A DNA stretch of 64,000 bases from Mobula hypostoma (lineage: Eukaryota), in contig NC_086097.1 in the NCBI RefSeq assembly GCF_963921235.1, positions 56,422,001 through 56,486,000 on the forward strand. Reading direction: 5' to 3'. Both the position numbers and the translations under genes were made by a program. Below, one piece after another: positions 37,401-49,194 of the stretch. Every line of letters begins with the position of its first letter. The stretch's first letter is position 1. A model generated the notes under the pieces. It was not told the DNA's origin, made no database searches, and saw nothing but the letters and a program-made list of their open reading frames with translations.

Positions 37401-39200
37401 ACTCCACTGGAATACTGACACATCTGACTATATCTTTTCCCTCTCAAATTGCCATGTGAATTCTATCATTTTATGACCACTGCCTCTTGAGGGTTCTCTA
37501 ATCTAACCTTAAGATTTCTAATCAAACCTGGTTCATTATACAACACACAATCCAGAACTGTCTTTCCTCTATTGGGCTCAAACACAAGCTGCTCTAAAAA
37601 GCCATCTCTACTAATTTTCCAAATCTACCTGCATATTGAAATCCCCCAAGACTATTGTAACATTGCATTTTTTACACTCCTTTTCTGTGTCTTGTTGTAG
37701 TTTGTATTCCACATCCTGGCTACTGTCTGAAGGCCTGTATATAACTCCCATCAGGGTCTTTTTACCCTTGCAGTTTCTTAACTCTACCCACATGGATTCT
37801 ATATCTTCCAATCCTATGTCATCACTTTCTAATGATTTGATTTCATTTTTTTCAACAGAGCTACCCCACCCCCTCTGCCTACCAGCCTGTTCGTTTGATA
37901 AAATGTCTGTCCTTGGATGATCATCTACATTATTCCATATACTGTATGCATTCAAGTATCACACTTTTAGTCCTGTATTCATTTTGTCCCCATGTTATAC
38001 TTCAACTTATCTGACTGACTGCAATTTTGCCCTATCATCTGCCTGCCATTTCTCACAGTCTCACTACACACTGTATCGACTTGTATACCAACTGCCCCAT
38101 CCTCAGCCCTATTCTCCTGCCACATTAGTTTAAACCCTCTGCAAAGGCTCTAGAAAACCCACCCACAAGGATATTGGTTTCCCCCCTGGATTGGGTGTAA
38201 CCCATCCTTTTTTTATATATAGGGCATACCTTCTCAGGAGGAGTTCCCAATGGTCCAGAATCTGAAATCCTGTCCTGTACACCAGTTCCTCAGCCACACA
38301 TTCATCTGTCATATCAGCCTATTCTTACCTCACTGGTGTGTGGCACAGGCAGCAATCCAGAGATTACTACTCTGGAGGTCCTGCTTTTCAGCTTTCTACC
38401 TAACTCGCTCTATTTTCCCTTCAGGACTTCCTACCTACAGCATGTCATTGGTATCAATATGTACCCCAATTTCTCATGGCTATTCCTCCTCCTTTAGAAT
38501 ACTGCGGACCCGATCCGAGACATCCCTGACTCTGGCACTTGGGAGGCGACATACCATCTGGGTGTCTCCTTCACGTCCACTGAATCTCCTGTCTGCTCCT
38601 CTAACTGTGGAATCCCCCATCACTACTGCACTCATCTTCTCCCTCCTCCCCCCCCCCGACTCACAGAGTCAGACTCAGTGCCAGAGGCCCAGTTACTGCG
38701 GCTTCCCCAGTAGGTCGTTACCCCTCCCCTAACAGTATCCAAATCCATATGCTTATTGTTAAGCGAAATGGCCACAGTGTACCCTGCACTGGCTGCCTAG
38801 TCATTTCCCTCTCCTGACAGTCATCCTTGTAGCTCCCTGTAGCTCCTGTCTATCACTTTCTCATTCTCCCGTATGTGCCAAAGGTCACTGAGCTGCAGCT
38901 CCAGTTGCTTAACAAGGTGCTGCAACTTGATGCACTTCATGCTGATATAGTTATCTGAGTTTCCCGCAGTTTCCACATCTCACACAAAGAACATACCACT
39001 CATTCTCAGTGCACAAGCTATGTAGCAATAGACAAAGGAAGAGAAAAGTAAACTCATTTGGAACCTCTGCCTGTGCTTGCCCAAGCCTGTTCTCAACTAA
39101 TCCTGTTGAGTCAAAGCCTGGCCATTCTAACACTGTCCACTCCAACAAAGGCTGCTCTGCTTCTACCTCACTTCTTTTTTTTTGGCCTTTGCTGAGTGTC
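34433..39200 (-). mobile_element. Near full-length decayed CR1 LINE
   Basis: Tail at 34433; RT pieces; endonuclease ORF 37611-37955 (GVIYRPS, VLGDFN); ORF1 esterase at about 38130-38730. Interrupted at about 35888-36742. Confidence 0.92.
35888..36742 (-). mobile_element. Non-coding retroelement with a LINE-type 3' tail, nested in CR1
   Basis: The minus strand ends in gataaatgtactttgaatctttg. CR1 RT sequence resumes collinearly on both sides (ttgaaag | ...actgatgtctccacaacc). Confidence 0.65.
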
Positions 39201-39284
39201 CAAGAGATCATTATGATTGCAGCCTGCCAAGAGGTTCAGATAGGACTTGTTTGCTTATCATTAAGAAGGAGGACAAACCAGAAT

Positions 39285-39850
39285 GGGTCTACACAGTGAG
39301 TGGTACAGTACTGAGGAGTACAGTAGGACAGAGGGATCTGAGAATACAGAGCCTTCATTACCAGAAAATGGCAGCAGAGGTGGAAAGAATCATAAAGAAA
39401 GCTTTTGGTTTCATAAACCAAAGTAGTGAGTACAGAAGTTGGGATGTTATGTTGAAATTGTATAAGATGTTGGTGAGATCTAATTTGGATTAATATATAC
39501 AGTTTGGTCACCTATCTACAGGAAAGATGTCATAAAATTGAAAGATTGCAGGAAAATTTACAAGGATGTTGTCTGGACTGGAGGACCTGATTTATAGGGG
39601 AAGGTTGAATGAGTTAAGACTTTATTACCTTGGGCATAGGAGAATGAGGGAAGATTTGATAGAAATATACAAAATGATGAGGGGTATACATAGGATAAAT
39701 GCATGCAGGCTTATCCACTGGGGCTGGGGGAATACCAGGTGAAGAGTAAGGAACAAGCTGCCAGTGGAAGTGGTGGATGCACGTTCAATTTCAACATTTA
39801 AGAGAAATTTGAACAGGGATGGGGGTGAGGATGGGAATAGGGGCCGACAA
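39285..39850 (+). mobile_element. CR1 RT C-terminal fragment
   Basis: YTVSGTVLRSTVGQRDL...SEYRSWDVMLKLYKMLVRS. Confidence 0.85.
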
Positions 39851-41809
39851 GGTTTGCAAGTGGCTTGAAAGAGATCACATTCTTGACTTTTTCATTTAAA
39901 GATCATTTCAGTTTTCAAATAGGCATTCATACACATTGTTCATTCACAGATGCATTAAACAGGTCACCAACATCTACTTAGAAATAGAAATATAGTAGAA
40001 GGCCATTCACCCCTTGTGCTTGCTTCATTTTTCAATATGATCATCATTGATCATCCAAATTCAGAACCCTGCTCCTACTTTCTCCCTTTATTTGGCTAAT
40101 CAATATCCTGCCAACCTAACAGGTTATAACAAAACCCTGTAGGGGAGTTGTGAGATAGGCAACAGTAGCTGACTTTCCTTAAAAAACAGAGAAAATGACT
40201 CGATTCATGTAGTTATAGGGTATCAGAAGATGAAACAGGGGCACCTGCTAACCAAAAATACTTTCATTCCAGCAGCCTTAGATCAGTATTAATCAGTGCA
40301 GCTTCCACATGCACTACAGTTCCTTGCCTTGGCTACCCTGGAAGCTTCTAAACCCATGACCTTCATCACCAGGAAAGAATTGGGCTTCAGGTGCAGATTC
40401 GAATCCAAATCACACACCATTCTGACTTGGAATTATATATTACTGTTCCTTCATTGATGAGAATGTAGAATTACTGTAAATGTGTGGTTGAAGTTCAGTG
40501 AGAACTTGGTGAGCAAAGAGCTTTTTTCCATGCTGTCTCCCCTCTACAAATCTAAATCAATAGGTGCTGAATTACCAAATCATAAATACAGGATGAAGAG
40601 ATTTGTACTTTCATGGGCAGTATTGTACCAATGACATTATCGCAAATAATCATTGCAATACGCATTCATTTTGCAGTAATTGACATAACTGCTGTACATT
40701 TAGGTAAGCCTATTTATTTTGTTGACAAGCTAAATACAGATTGACTCTGCTAAAACAAGATGTCAAAATAAAATCAATTCTAATTGCACATTATATTCCA
40801 ATTGTTCCAAAGAAAATAATCAACAGTATAATAAAACAAAGATTTTAAATGAGGGAATTGCACAGAATAAATTATTAAAATATTTCTGTCAACATTAATT
40901 AGTTGACTGAATATATTGGTTCATTATGAATTCAGTCACAAATATTGTGAGAAAAGTTATAGAAATACAATTTTAACTGCTTCAGTTAGCAAATATGGTA
41001 TGTCTGGAAAATTGTATTCTTGTGCATATTTCAGCAATAATACAAAATAGGAGAGAGAAAGGAAAGTAATTCCATCCATTTTGTCATTATTTTAAACTAA
41101 TTGCACTTTTTTTCACTCCATACCTCTGCACTTGTATTTCACCACCCCTCCCCCCCAAGGCTTTTCGTTGTCCCAGCTCCTCTCCCTCATAAACCAGTTC
41201 CATTAAGCCAGCTTCTCACACCCTAACTCTCTTCCCTGACCCCCTTTTTCGCTCAATCAACATCATCTCCAGCTACCCAGCTTTTCAAATATTTCCCTTT
41301 TCTAATCAAGTGCTTTTTCTTCCTCATTGTACAATACAGCACCAACAATTTTAGCAAATTAGTTATACCCCTTCCCCCCCATCACTGTAATTATCTGGGA
41401 TTTTAGCACAAAAGCTAAAGAAAAATTATTTTATTTAAAACCACAATACTGGTGTCTCTCTTAAGACCAATTCATAATTGCCATGTTAAGGCTGATCTTT
41501 TATTCTAACACCACCTGTTGCATTTATAACACTTCCCTTGATTCTCAGATTTCTAAGAAACTCTACTTCACATTGTGGTGTGCAAGCTGTGATTCTAACC
41601 AAGAGATCCAGCCATGGTCCCCATCCCACAAGCAAGGCTCTGCTATAGCTCCCACACATTCCTCAGACTTCCTCATTGCACAACTGCAACCAGCCTTCAA
41701 CAAGATTCTTGCTGGGGTAGAACTAGTGCACAGGACAGATGCGATTTTGCTCAACCGACACAGCCCCCATTCCAGAACCAAGCTCATTCTAACCTCAGAA
41801 TTCAGAGAA

Positions 41810-42035
41810 TGGTAGAACATACACAGAAGAGTACAGGAACAGTCCCTTCAGCCCATAATATCTATGTCAACCATGATGCCAGTCCAAATTAATCCCTGCC
41901 AGCACATGGTCCATATTCCTCCTTTTCCTGCCTCTTCATGTTCCTCTCTAAATGCCTCTTAAATGTTGCTATCTCATCTGCTTCCATCACTTCCCTAGGC
42001 AATGTGTTGCAGACACCGATCACTCTCTGTGTAAC
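41810..42035 (-). mobile_element. CR1 3' end
   Basis: agtacaggaacagtcccttcagcccataatatct terminus, similar to 769-1000. Confidence 0.75.
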
Positions 42036-42976
42036 CTTGTTACTTGTTCAATTTAATCATGAGTTTTAGACAGTGGTGGGATCGAATGTGATGACTCCTG
42101 TGGTTAAATATGTCCTCCCATGGCTGATGACGATATGGTAAAAATGTGTGATCAGTTAATTGCTGGCCTTGAACAACGTGCATTTATCAGTGAGCAAGAG
42201 ATTATGGCAGTTTACTCAGTTAAAGAGAGATTGCTTAGACATAAACCTATGTTAATGAGACAGATGACACTTGAAGAAGTCCTTAAAAACGCTGTCTGTC
42301 GTAGTGCTGCTTCATAACTTGAGAATCCTGCTCCTGGCCCATCAGATACCTGTAGAGTATTTAGCTTTGTTTGCCAGACGTAATGCAACTTAACTGGAGG
42401 TACCTGTACGTATTTAGCTTAGATGGAATCTGTATATGTCCTGGAGTATTTACGTTCTACATTTATTCCAATAAGGCATTTACCATGTGTTTGATTTGGT
42501 TTGTTTGAAGCTGTATATTTTTATGTTTTATTGAATGTTTTTGTTGGAAATAAAATGTACTAGTGTACTTATGGTCTATAATTATCCCACTATTTCATTT
42601 ATCAGTATATTACTCTATAAATAAACTGTAATAGTATCTGTAAAAGAGCACGGATTGAGAAAACCCGGAAGTTCTCTCCCCAGCACTTGTTGTTTGAGCA
42701 TGTACAGACTTTTTTCTTGTCATTATTCCCTAAACAATACAGTATAACAACTATTTACATAGCATTTACATTGTATTAGGTATTGTAAGTAATCTAGAGA
42801 TGACTTAAAGTATACGGGAGGATGAGCGTATTCTAGAGCTCCCCCCGGGTCCTAAAGTCCACCGCACTGAGACAGGTTAATTATCAATATAATTATCAAT
42901 ATTCTGAAATCCGAAAAATTCTGAATTCTGAAATGCAACTGGCCCCAAGGATTTTGGATAAGGAATTGTGGACCTG
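42036..42976 (+). mobile_element. Tigger/pogo (Tigger4/Zombi-like) DNA transposon 3' portion
   Basis: ORF 42120-42317 DDMVKMCDQLIAGLEQRAFISEQEIMAVYSVKERLLRHKPMLMRQMTLEE resembles a Tigger/jerky transposase C-terminus. The end ccgaaaaattctgaa...ggataaggaattgtggacctg is a Tigger4/MER46-type TIR. Confidence 0.75.
42650..42880 (+). mobile_element. Tigger3/MER2-like fragment embedded in the Tigger4-like element
   Basis: catgtacagacttttttcttgtcattattccctaaacaatacagtataacaactatttacatagcatttacattgtattagg...aagtatacgggaggatg. Confidence 0.7.
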
Positions 42977-43057
42977 CACATTAAAAACAGCCACTGCAGT
43001 GAGACGTGTGTGCTAGTTGTTTTATTTCCTGTCACTAGTATTCAAACTGCAGTGTGC

Positions 43058-43080
43058 AGATGATGATGATGATGATGATG
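43058..43080. repeat. (GAT)n microsatellite
   Basis: About 7 tandem GAT units. Confidence 0.9.
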
Positions 43081-43894
43081 CAGAGATACACTCGGAGGCT
43101 GAATACTGCCCTCCAACTTGTCCCATATCCCAGGAGCCCTCTTTCAGTGAAGACCGACATTAATACTGAAATCCACCACATCTCCCAGCCACCAACACAG
43201 GATGTCAAAGGAAAACCATTCAAGCTTTCATGATCTAAAATCTGGTACTAATCTAAAGGTCTCCTGTGATCTCTCCCCCTTCATATGCCCTCTTTAAGAC
43301 TAACTACTGCACTGATGCTGTCTCTACATCATCCTCCAAATTCACTGGCAAAACCAAGGCTAGTCAACTTCAGACCATGTCCTTCTCCTGCCAACATCCG
43401 AACTATTGACACTCTTAATTTCACTCATTTGCTCCAGTAAACTCCTCAAACTCCACCCCTCAAACTTCTCACCTCAACCTCCACCCCACAAACTCAGACT
43501 CCCCAAACAAAAAATAAACTATTCTACCATGATCTCTACCTTGGCAGAAAATTAAAATGAGAACGGAAGTTCAAGTTCAAGAAACAATTTGTGTGTATTC
43601 AGAGAGACCCTACAGAAAGTATAATCATTCCAAGAACTTAATGAACTCCCTGGCCAATTACCACCAAATAAAAGTATGCTGGTTAGGTGCATGCAGAAAC
43701 TGTGTGAAAGTGGCAGGGATGATAAATTGCTCCACTTTACATATTAATCACCCTATCATGCTATCAAACATTTCCTGCTCCAGCTATAGCAAAGTCTGCA
43801 GCCCTTACAATGTTCTCATCAGCAACTTCAGGAGTAATAAATAAAATAGACGTGAGTGGTCTTCAGTCAGAATGGACTATTTTTGAGGGAAAGA

Positions 43895-44110
43895 ACTATC
43901 AGGAGTTTGAATCCTACAAGGGTATTAGGGAATTCTTTTTTTAAATAATTAAATAAATATAAAGTTAAAACCCAGCATCAGTAATGGTGACCGTACCACT
44001 AAACTGTAAAAAAAATCACTAATGTCATTCAGAGAAAGAAATCTTTTATTTCTTCTCAAGGTGATTCAAGACCCAGTGTAATGTGGTTGACTATGAATGG
44101 CGTTCTGGAA
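43895..44110 (+). mobile_element. Ancient SINE remnant (second family)
   Basis: cactaatgtcattcagagaaagaaatct...gacccagtgtaatgtggttgact; related to 46620-46850 and 61760-62050. Confidence 0.5.
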
Positions 44111-44602
44111 CACAGGAGGGCAAGGAAGCGATGCTTATTGGAGAGTCCGATAGATTTTCCATTAATCCATTTATACTCATCAATAGTTCCACTCTCGATG
44201 CAAGTAGCCTAATATATCTAAAGGCACAAGACAGGAACATATTATCAGTATGCTCATAATGCATCTACATCAGAAATATACTTTATTTCAGAGTCATCAA
44301 CTTTCATTGGTAAACCAGACCCACCTCTAAAAGGGCGACTGAATCTCACTGGGGAATACATTATTTTCTGTGGAAATCAGTTTTTCAACAGAATGCCATT
44401 CTGCATTTTCATAAGCATAATTTCTTCAAAATTTTTAATCACATTGTGTGAAGTTAATTTGAGTGATCAAGTGAGCATGAGTTCATTTGTCAAATGTTTT
44501 TTAAAGCTTCCAAAATAGATTTTGTGAATGTTAAAGACTGATGCAGTTTTTATCACCTATGGAAATTTGTTTTTATTGAAGTCATAAATCAAAGGTACTT
44601 AC

Positions 44603-44822
44603 TCTAACTCCCATGAACTTGTCTTTGAGCACAATCCAAGACAACAGAAAGACAAATGCTTTGTTGCAACAAAAGAGAGCAGAAACATCTGTGGCTGTTA
44701 ATTTCTTCAAAGCCAGTAAATATAGGTAATTAGTTAATGTCCAGAGAATAGAAAATGGGGCTGTTCTTTTCAGGAAGAGTCTCAGAGTTAGTCCCTCTTC
44801 ACCAAATATCCTACTGCATTCT
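44603..44822 (-). CDS. SLC35F4: SLC35F4 coding exon (220 nt)
   Basis: Acceptor ccctgtttgcag|A and donor AGA|gtaagt. Encodes ECSRIFGEEGLTLRLFLKRTAPFSILWTLTNYLYLLALKKLTATDVSALFCCNKAFVFLLSWIVLKDKFMGVR. Phase matches the preceding exon. Confidence 0.97.
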
Positions 44823-45587
44823 CTGCAAACAGGGAACAGACAGATTTGTTTAATAGTAATTTTGTTCTCACTGCATCTATTCAATTAACACTCAAATGCA
44901 AGTACACACTACATCTAAATGTTTTTTGTCTTTCTTTATTTGTTGAATAACTTGGGTAATCCTTATTTATGTTTACATAGTTAACTGAAATGTTCGTTTA
45001 GGAGAGGTATTATCAGCGAGGGGTTTTAATAGCATAATTGTATACAAATTTGGATTGTGGATGTTTTGACATCCAGTCCTGGATGAGGAGGAATTTCCTG
45101 TGACTAAACATTACAAAGTCTAAATCTACTGTCTTAGTTCTTCACCATAAACTTCATCCCCTTGCCAGAGATTCTACTGTTCCCAGATACTGAAGGAGGG
45201 TGAAGCAAACTGTTTGCATCAGATGAGCGCTATTCAAAGATCACTTTCATAACACTATCCCTGGTTCATCCCCCTCTGCTGAAAGCATCAACCATACCTA
45301 TTCGTTCTGTACTTGGCCATAAATCATACTACCCAGATGGCTATGTATCTTCCACCCACCAAAATCTGTTTTGAAATGCCCTGCACTTTCACTGTGTTAA
45401 ACGTACTGCTTATCTGTAACTGATACGATCATTGTTCCAATTAGTAAACACAGAAGCAAAATGTGAAAGTGATTATCATCCAAATGTCCTCAAAAATACA
45501 ATAAAGAGTAGAAGCTGATATAATAAGAACTGATTTTACTGTACCTTTTATCTATTTATTTTTAAGAAAAATAAAGGGGATCAGTAC

Positions 45588-45885
45588 CTAATTTTTTTAA
45601 TTATTGTCCGTCTTTCTTGTGCTGTTGCAAGGTGTCCCGAGTAGTATATAGGAAAAAACATTATGTTCCAATTTGTAGAGAACCAAGTCATAAATAAAGG
45701 ACAATGGAAGCTCTTGTATGTGACTTTGACAATCTGTGTGGTACCAACCCAGGAGGATGACACAGAGAGAATGACCAGAAAGCCCCAGAAAATCTTGAAG
45801 AACGCTGAGGAGCATGATTGACAACGTGTCTTAGCATTATTATCGTGATTAAGATTTTCATTCCGATTCTCTGAAGCTTCTTCTC
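45588..45885 (-). CDS. SLC35F4: SLC35F4 coding exon (298 nt; most 5' exon found in window)
   Basis: Acceptor ttttatcttccag|GA and donor AG|gtactg. Encodes EEASENRNEN...FKIFWGFLVILSVSSSWVGTTQIVKVTYKSFHCPLFMTWFSTNWNIMFFPIYYSGHL, an SLC35F3/F4-type N-terminal transmembrane region. Starts in phase 1, ends in phase 2. Confidence 0.95.
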
Positions 45886-46619
45886 CTGGAAGATAAAACA
45901 GAAAAACTTTGAAATACAACACTAAAGCATAATGTTTCAATATTACTTTAACTAGGAATTCCAGGCACAATTTCAGTAGTCAGTAAAATATGCCCTCCTC
46001 CCACACCCTCGACCCAACACCCATGCACTGGAACTGCATTTTATAGATTTTTATTTAGAGACGTGTATTCCCTCCTGCAAGATCACAGAAGGTCATTGTT
46101 TTGTTGCTTTTAATATCAATGCACCATCTTATTAAACCTCTTTTCTTGGTCTACTAAAACTCCTCCAAATCTGAAAAGAAATTGTCAAATTTGAGGTACT
46201 GCTAAAACCGCTAGCGTAGGGAAAGTAAAATATAGGAATCATGGTGGAACAGTAGGCAACTTAGTTAAATAAATCTCTTCTACAATATTTGTTAATTATG
46301 ACACCTCATTCTACTTAATCTAAACCCTACCCCTGATCTGTAGAGATATTGTTTCCAGGGACAAGGCTGGTGAATAGTACAGGCTAGACTATTCTGAGCT
46401 GAAGTTCATTTTCTTCACCTCCATTTACAGAGCTAATGATAATGTATTCTATGGATGCACAGAGTTCCAATTTGTACAAATTTATCAAGAATTGGACATT
46501 ATTCATGCTTGGGCTTCATTCAACCACAAAAATATTTATTGGGAAACTCTAATACCCCAGAAGTTAGAATTTGCTAGGATACTTGTACTTCAGAAGGCAA
46601 TTATGTATTAACCATATTG

Positions 46620-46850
46620 ATGGGTTACAGTCATATTCAGGTCAGACCAGGTAATATTAGTACCTTTCCTTCTTTTTAATTAAAGAAAAATACTTTCTTG
46701 AAATTCTTTTTTGTTACAACAGCTCTGTAGTTTATAGTCGCAAATATCAACAGTCCTTTTATTTCATATTAATTTAATTCCCCTACCGAAAATGATATCC
46801 AGAACATTTGGATACTGGTTCGGTAACTAACTATTATTCCACTGTACTTG
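46620..46850 (-). mobile_element. Ancient SINE remnant (second family)
   Basis: agtcatattcaggtcagaccaggtaa...ttccttc is the reverse complement of the family seen at 61760-62050. Confidence 0.45.
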
Positions 46851-47462
46851 CTTCATAAGTGGCAAATGACATTCATAGCATGCAAGTGCTAGAAAATGCC
46901 AGAAATGCTCAGCAGTTCAGATAGCATCTGGGGGAAGAGAAGTATATTTAGAGTGTTAAAGACCCTTCATTACAAGAGAGAAAGCAAGAAAATATGTTAG
47001 TTTTAAGCTGCAAAGAAAATAGGGAAGGATAGGACAGAGGGAATATCTCCAACAGAGGAAGACCAGAGACACCACAGTAATCTTTATGCATACAGAGTCA
47101 TCTGACTTTTTTTTTTAGCATTCTGTGTTTTTTTTTCAGATTTTCTGCTGTTTTTGATTTTCAAAGAGAGAGAGTCTGGCCACCTCACATTGATATAACA
47201 TCACTTAGTCATCCCTTATCAGCATCCTGGAGACTGGTAATGGATGACTAGGAAAGAACTTGGGCAGTGAATTCATGCTGCACAGAGCTTCAGCCAATGG
47301 GAACTTCAACAATGTTATTAAATCCACGTTTAATCCACAGTAGCACCAAGGGCTGAGTAGTTTCAACATAGGCTGCAATGAACGTCGAGACATCAGCCAT
47401 TAGGGATATTCATCAGGTCTGCTGGAAATATTCATGCCAATCTAGAGAGTGTCTTGTAGAGT

Positions 47463-47656
47463 GAAAACAGGAGAAAATCTGCAGATGCTGGGAATCCAAA
47501 CAACACACACAAAATGCTGGAGGAACTCAGCAGGCCAGGCAGCATCTATGGAAAAGAGTAAACAGTCGATGTTTTGAGCCGAGACGCTACATCAGATGGG
47601 GAGATGAAGGGTCTCGGTGATGAAGGTCCTGAGTTTCTCCAGCATTTTATGTGTCT
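47463..47656. mobile_element. Fold-back Penelope-derived element with degenerate hammerhead motifs
   Basis: cacacaaaatgctggaggaactcag ... ctgagtttctccagcattttatgtgt form inverted arms; homologous to 5766-5852. Confidence 0.8.
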
Positions 47657-47739
47657 AGACTTGTAGGGCGGTTGGGTTATATTCCTGCTGTGATTTAAAA
47701 ACAGGCAAAGTGTGCACTCTGTGCAAAGTAGGTGCAAGT

Positions 47740-48358
47740 CGGGAGGAGAAAGAGCAGCGCGCCGTGTGTGCGCAGCCCTCCAGTGAAAAATTAAATCATA
47801 TCCATTAAATAGGGGCTGTGGACAATTCATATTTGGAGATAGACGCGAAAGCACAGAGGAACATCTGGAGAAATTTCTGAAACGCCAGTTCGCTGCTGTT
47901 GTTATTGCACGGTCTGGAATCTTCCAGCGGGAAGGCCTCAAAATCCCCAGCTTTGCCTGCTGTTGGCGACCAAGATTGAGGTCGAATCGTTTGGACAGAG
48001 ATGGCACTCGATACTCGGTGTCGGAGAGCTGATCGGAGGCTCAAAGTTTTCGGATGACTCAGATTCGGACTGTGGTAGGGCATGGCAGGGAGAGTTTTTC
48101 TTCCTTCTCCCGTCTGCGTGAGATATGGGACATTTGAGAGACTTTGAATTTTTTACTGTGCTCATGGACTTCTTCATCAAGTTATGGTATTGTTGCACTG
48201 TTGTAACTATATGTTATAATTACGTGGTTTTGTTAGTTTTTTCAGTCTTGGTCTGTCCTGTGTTTTGTGATATCACACCGGAGGAAATATTGTATCATTT
48301 CTTAATGCATGCATTACTAAATGACAATAAAAGAGGACTGTGTGTCTTCATAATCTAA
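47740..48358 (+). mobile_element. CpG-rich non-coding retroelement with a LINE-like 3' end
   Basis: GC/CpG-rich body, T-rich 3' UTR, and end gacaataaaagaggactg...cataatcta. No credible ORF. Left boundary uncertain. Confidence 0.55.
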
Positions 48359-49194
48359 AAAGTCTTAGAGCAGTGGTAAAACAGGATTACCAACCAATTT
48401 CATTGGTATTAAGTAAGCGGCAGCTGTATTTATTGGGAAACGTGCTTTGTTGCCTTCCTGTCATGTCATTAAATATCTCTGAGCTTCACTCAATGTAAAG
48501 ATCTTGTGAGTTATTCACAGGTTTGGCTTCACTGTACATTAAATGAATTCATCTGTTTTTAGCCGCACACAAATTAAGATCTCTAGAATAGGGATGAAGG
48601 AAGTGAAATGGTGCTATCTGGAATCTGGATGCTGATATCATGACAGTGAATTAGAATCCTGAATTTTGTGAATACATTGCAGCAAGTCAAATGAGCATAT
48701 ATTAATCACCATCATAACCCCAGTCTATATATTCCAACTGTGTATATTTATTTGAGCATAAATATGCCTAAAGCCTCAAGTACCAAGAGTGTGCCAGACA
48801 TACCTTGTAGTTTCCTCCAGATTTTTCAGTCCACCCAAGGTGAGCACATTCAGCAGCAAATACCTTCACATGTTTTTGTGTTAGGAATAAAAATGGAAAT
48901 TTTCCATGGATTTTTTTATGTGGATAGTTTGTGCACAATCTCTGAGCCATACAAGACAAGGAAGTTGAATTGCAAGTATTTGTCATATTTTAAATGTAAC
49001 AAACTGGATTATCTGAAATATCTATACTGACATCAAGTTCTCTGTATGGCCCTCTCAAAAATATAGGGCAGGAACTTAATGGGAAGCATTAGTATCACAT
49101 GTCTTCAGTCAAATTTTCTAATGCCACCTGGCTTTGACTAAGACAATCATAGTAAACAGAAAAAACAACCCTTATAAATTTAGCTGCTTGGAAA

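Noticed and set aside
41483..41892. Three overlapping ORFs as a nested gene or extra exon
   Set aside because: No family similarity, and the flanking SLC35F4 exons already splice in frame without it
45886..45970. N-terminal part of ORF 45581-45970 as the gene start
   Set aside because: It lies upstream of a clear polypyrimidine/AG acceptor, so it is intronic read-through
47546..48358. Overlapping ORFs of 77-153 aa
   Set aside because: They span repeat junctions, show no protein motifs, and are explained by GC content
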